Under the pieces are notes generated by a model. It did not search any database and was not told where the DNA came from. It saw only the letters and a list, made by a program, of their open reading frames with translations. From assembly GCA_041082215.1 (NCBI GenBank), contig JBDOIF010000083.1, positions 1 through 36,765 on the forward strand: a stretch of DNA of 36,765 bases. Reading direction: 5' to 3'. Position 1 is the first letter of the stretch, and the number at the start of each line of letters is the position of its first letter. Shown here one piece after another: positions 36,007 to 36,765 of the stretch. Both the position numbers and the translations under genes were made by a program. The DNA comes from Anaerolineae bacterium (GTDB taxonomy: Bacteria > Chloroflexota > Anaerolineae > B4-G1 > DUEL01).

Positions 36007-36051
36007 ACCACAGAGCGCGGAGTTTCTCCGTGTCCTCTGTGTCTTTGTGGT
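36007..36051. repeat. Degenerate palindromic element, family A copy 3
   Basis: ACCACAGAGCGCGGAG-TT-TCTCCGTGTCCTCTGTGTCTTTGTGGT; right arm resembles 6062-6099. Confidence 0.7.
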
Positions 36052-36065
36052 TTCTGTTCTTTACC

Positions 36066-36094
36066 TTGCCCTCTTCCCCGCTCTGGGTTATACT
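36066..36094 (+). promoter_or_regulatory. Promoter directly ahead of the GTG start
   Basis: TTGCCC-17 nt-TATACT, 8 nt before GTG 36103. Confidence 0.6.
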
Positions 36095-36102
36095 CCCATC
36101 TC

Positions 36103-36765
36103 GTGAACGGACGTCGTCTCTTTGATGGGGGGCTGCTGGCTGCGCTGGCCCTTGCCCTGCTGGCTGCCAGCCCTTTTCTGGCGCGGCCGGGCCTGCCCCG
36201 GGATACCGACGCCGAGCTTCATGTCTTCCGGGCAGCGGAGGTCCTCGCCTGCTGGCAGGCGGGGGTCCTCTACCCCCGCTGGGCCCCCGACTTCTATTAC
36301 GGCTACGGCTACCCGATTTTCAATTACTACGCCCCGCTGACCTATCATCTCTCCAGCCTTCTGGCCCTCCTGCCGGGCGTGGGGATCGTCGGGGGCGTGA
36401 AAGGGGTTTTCGTCCTGGGGCTGGTGCTGGGCGGGGTGGGGGCCTGGCTGCTGGCGCGGGACCTGGCGGGGTCGGCGGCGGGGGTCGTGGGAGCGGCTGC
36501 CTTCCTGTTTTCTCCATATGTCCTCTTCATTAATCCTCACGCCCGGGGTGACCTGGCAGAGCATTTCGCTGTGGGGCTTTTGCCGCCAACTCTCTTCTTC
36601 CTGCAACAGCTGATCAAAAAGGGCGGCTGGCGCGCGCTGGCCGGTTCTGCAATTAGTATTGCGGCACTTGTCTTGAGCCACAATCTGCTGGGCGGTGTGG
36701 GGCTGGGGGTCCTGCTCGTTGTTCTCCTCTGGCAGGGGGCGGTCGAAGGGCGGTGGGATGGGGTG
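36103..36765 (+). CDS. Partial polytopic membrane protein, PTPS-related / GT-C glycosyltransferase-like; runs off the window and is absent from the ORF track
   Basis: Manual translation MNGRRLFDGGLLAALALALLAASPFLARPGLPRDTDAELHVFRAAEVLACWQAGVLYPRWAPDFYYGYGYPIFNYYAPL..., with the YPRW...GYGYPxFNYY signature and further TM segments. Confidence 0.75.
   Translation, partial: MNGRRLFDGGLLAALALALLAASPFLARPGLPRDTDAELHVFRAAEVLACWQAGVLYPRWAPDFYYGYGYPIFNYYAPLTYHLSSLLALLPGVGIVGGVKGVFVLGLVLGGVGAWLLARDLAGSAAGVVGAAAFLFSPYVLFINPHARGDLAEHFAVGLLPPTLFFLQQLIKKGGWRALAGSAISIAALVLSHNLLGGVGLGVLLVVLLWQGAVEGRWDGV

Overview
High-GC bacterial chromosomal window; gene content suggests Chloroflexota/Anaerolineae (inference). 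In order: lipoprotein alpha-2-macroglobulin, tRNA-Val(GAC), holB, PHP-family phosphoesterase with spoVS, a NatAB-like ABC-2 exporter, a four-gene ATGA-coupled operon (PDZ/TM/4xGAF histidine kinase, ABC ATPase, ABC permease-SpoIIM fusion, TPR lytic transglycosylase lipoprotein), thyX with a 2-hydroxyacid dehydrogenase, a more AT-rich two-gene cassette of short MutS-family ATPases, glgC, an LCP protein, a livKHMGF-type importer followed by an ornithine cyclodeaminase/mu-crystallin protein, EamA and an FAD amino-acid oxidoreductase, and a truncated membrane protein. The standout is 21860-25069: a perfect TTGACA-17-TATAAT promoter and a complete fluoride (crcB) riboswitch whose pseudoknot strand overlaps an intrinsic terminator. 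It controls a MutS4A/B-like pair with non-canonical, asymmetric ATPase motifs and no fluoride exporter nearby. Four kinds of small intergenic palindromic repeat are also present. All calls come from reading motifs by eye; no searches were run.
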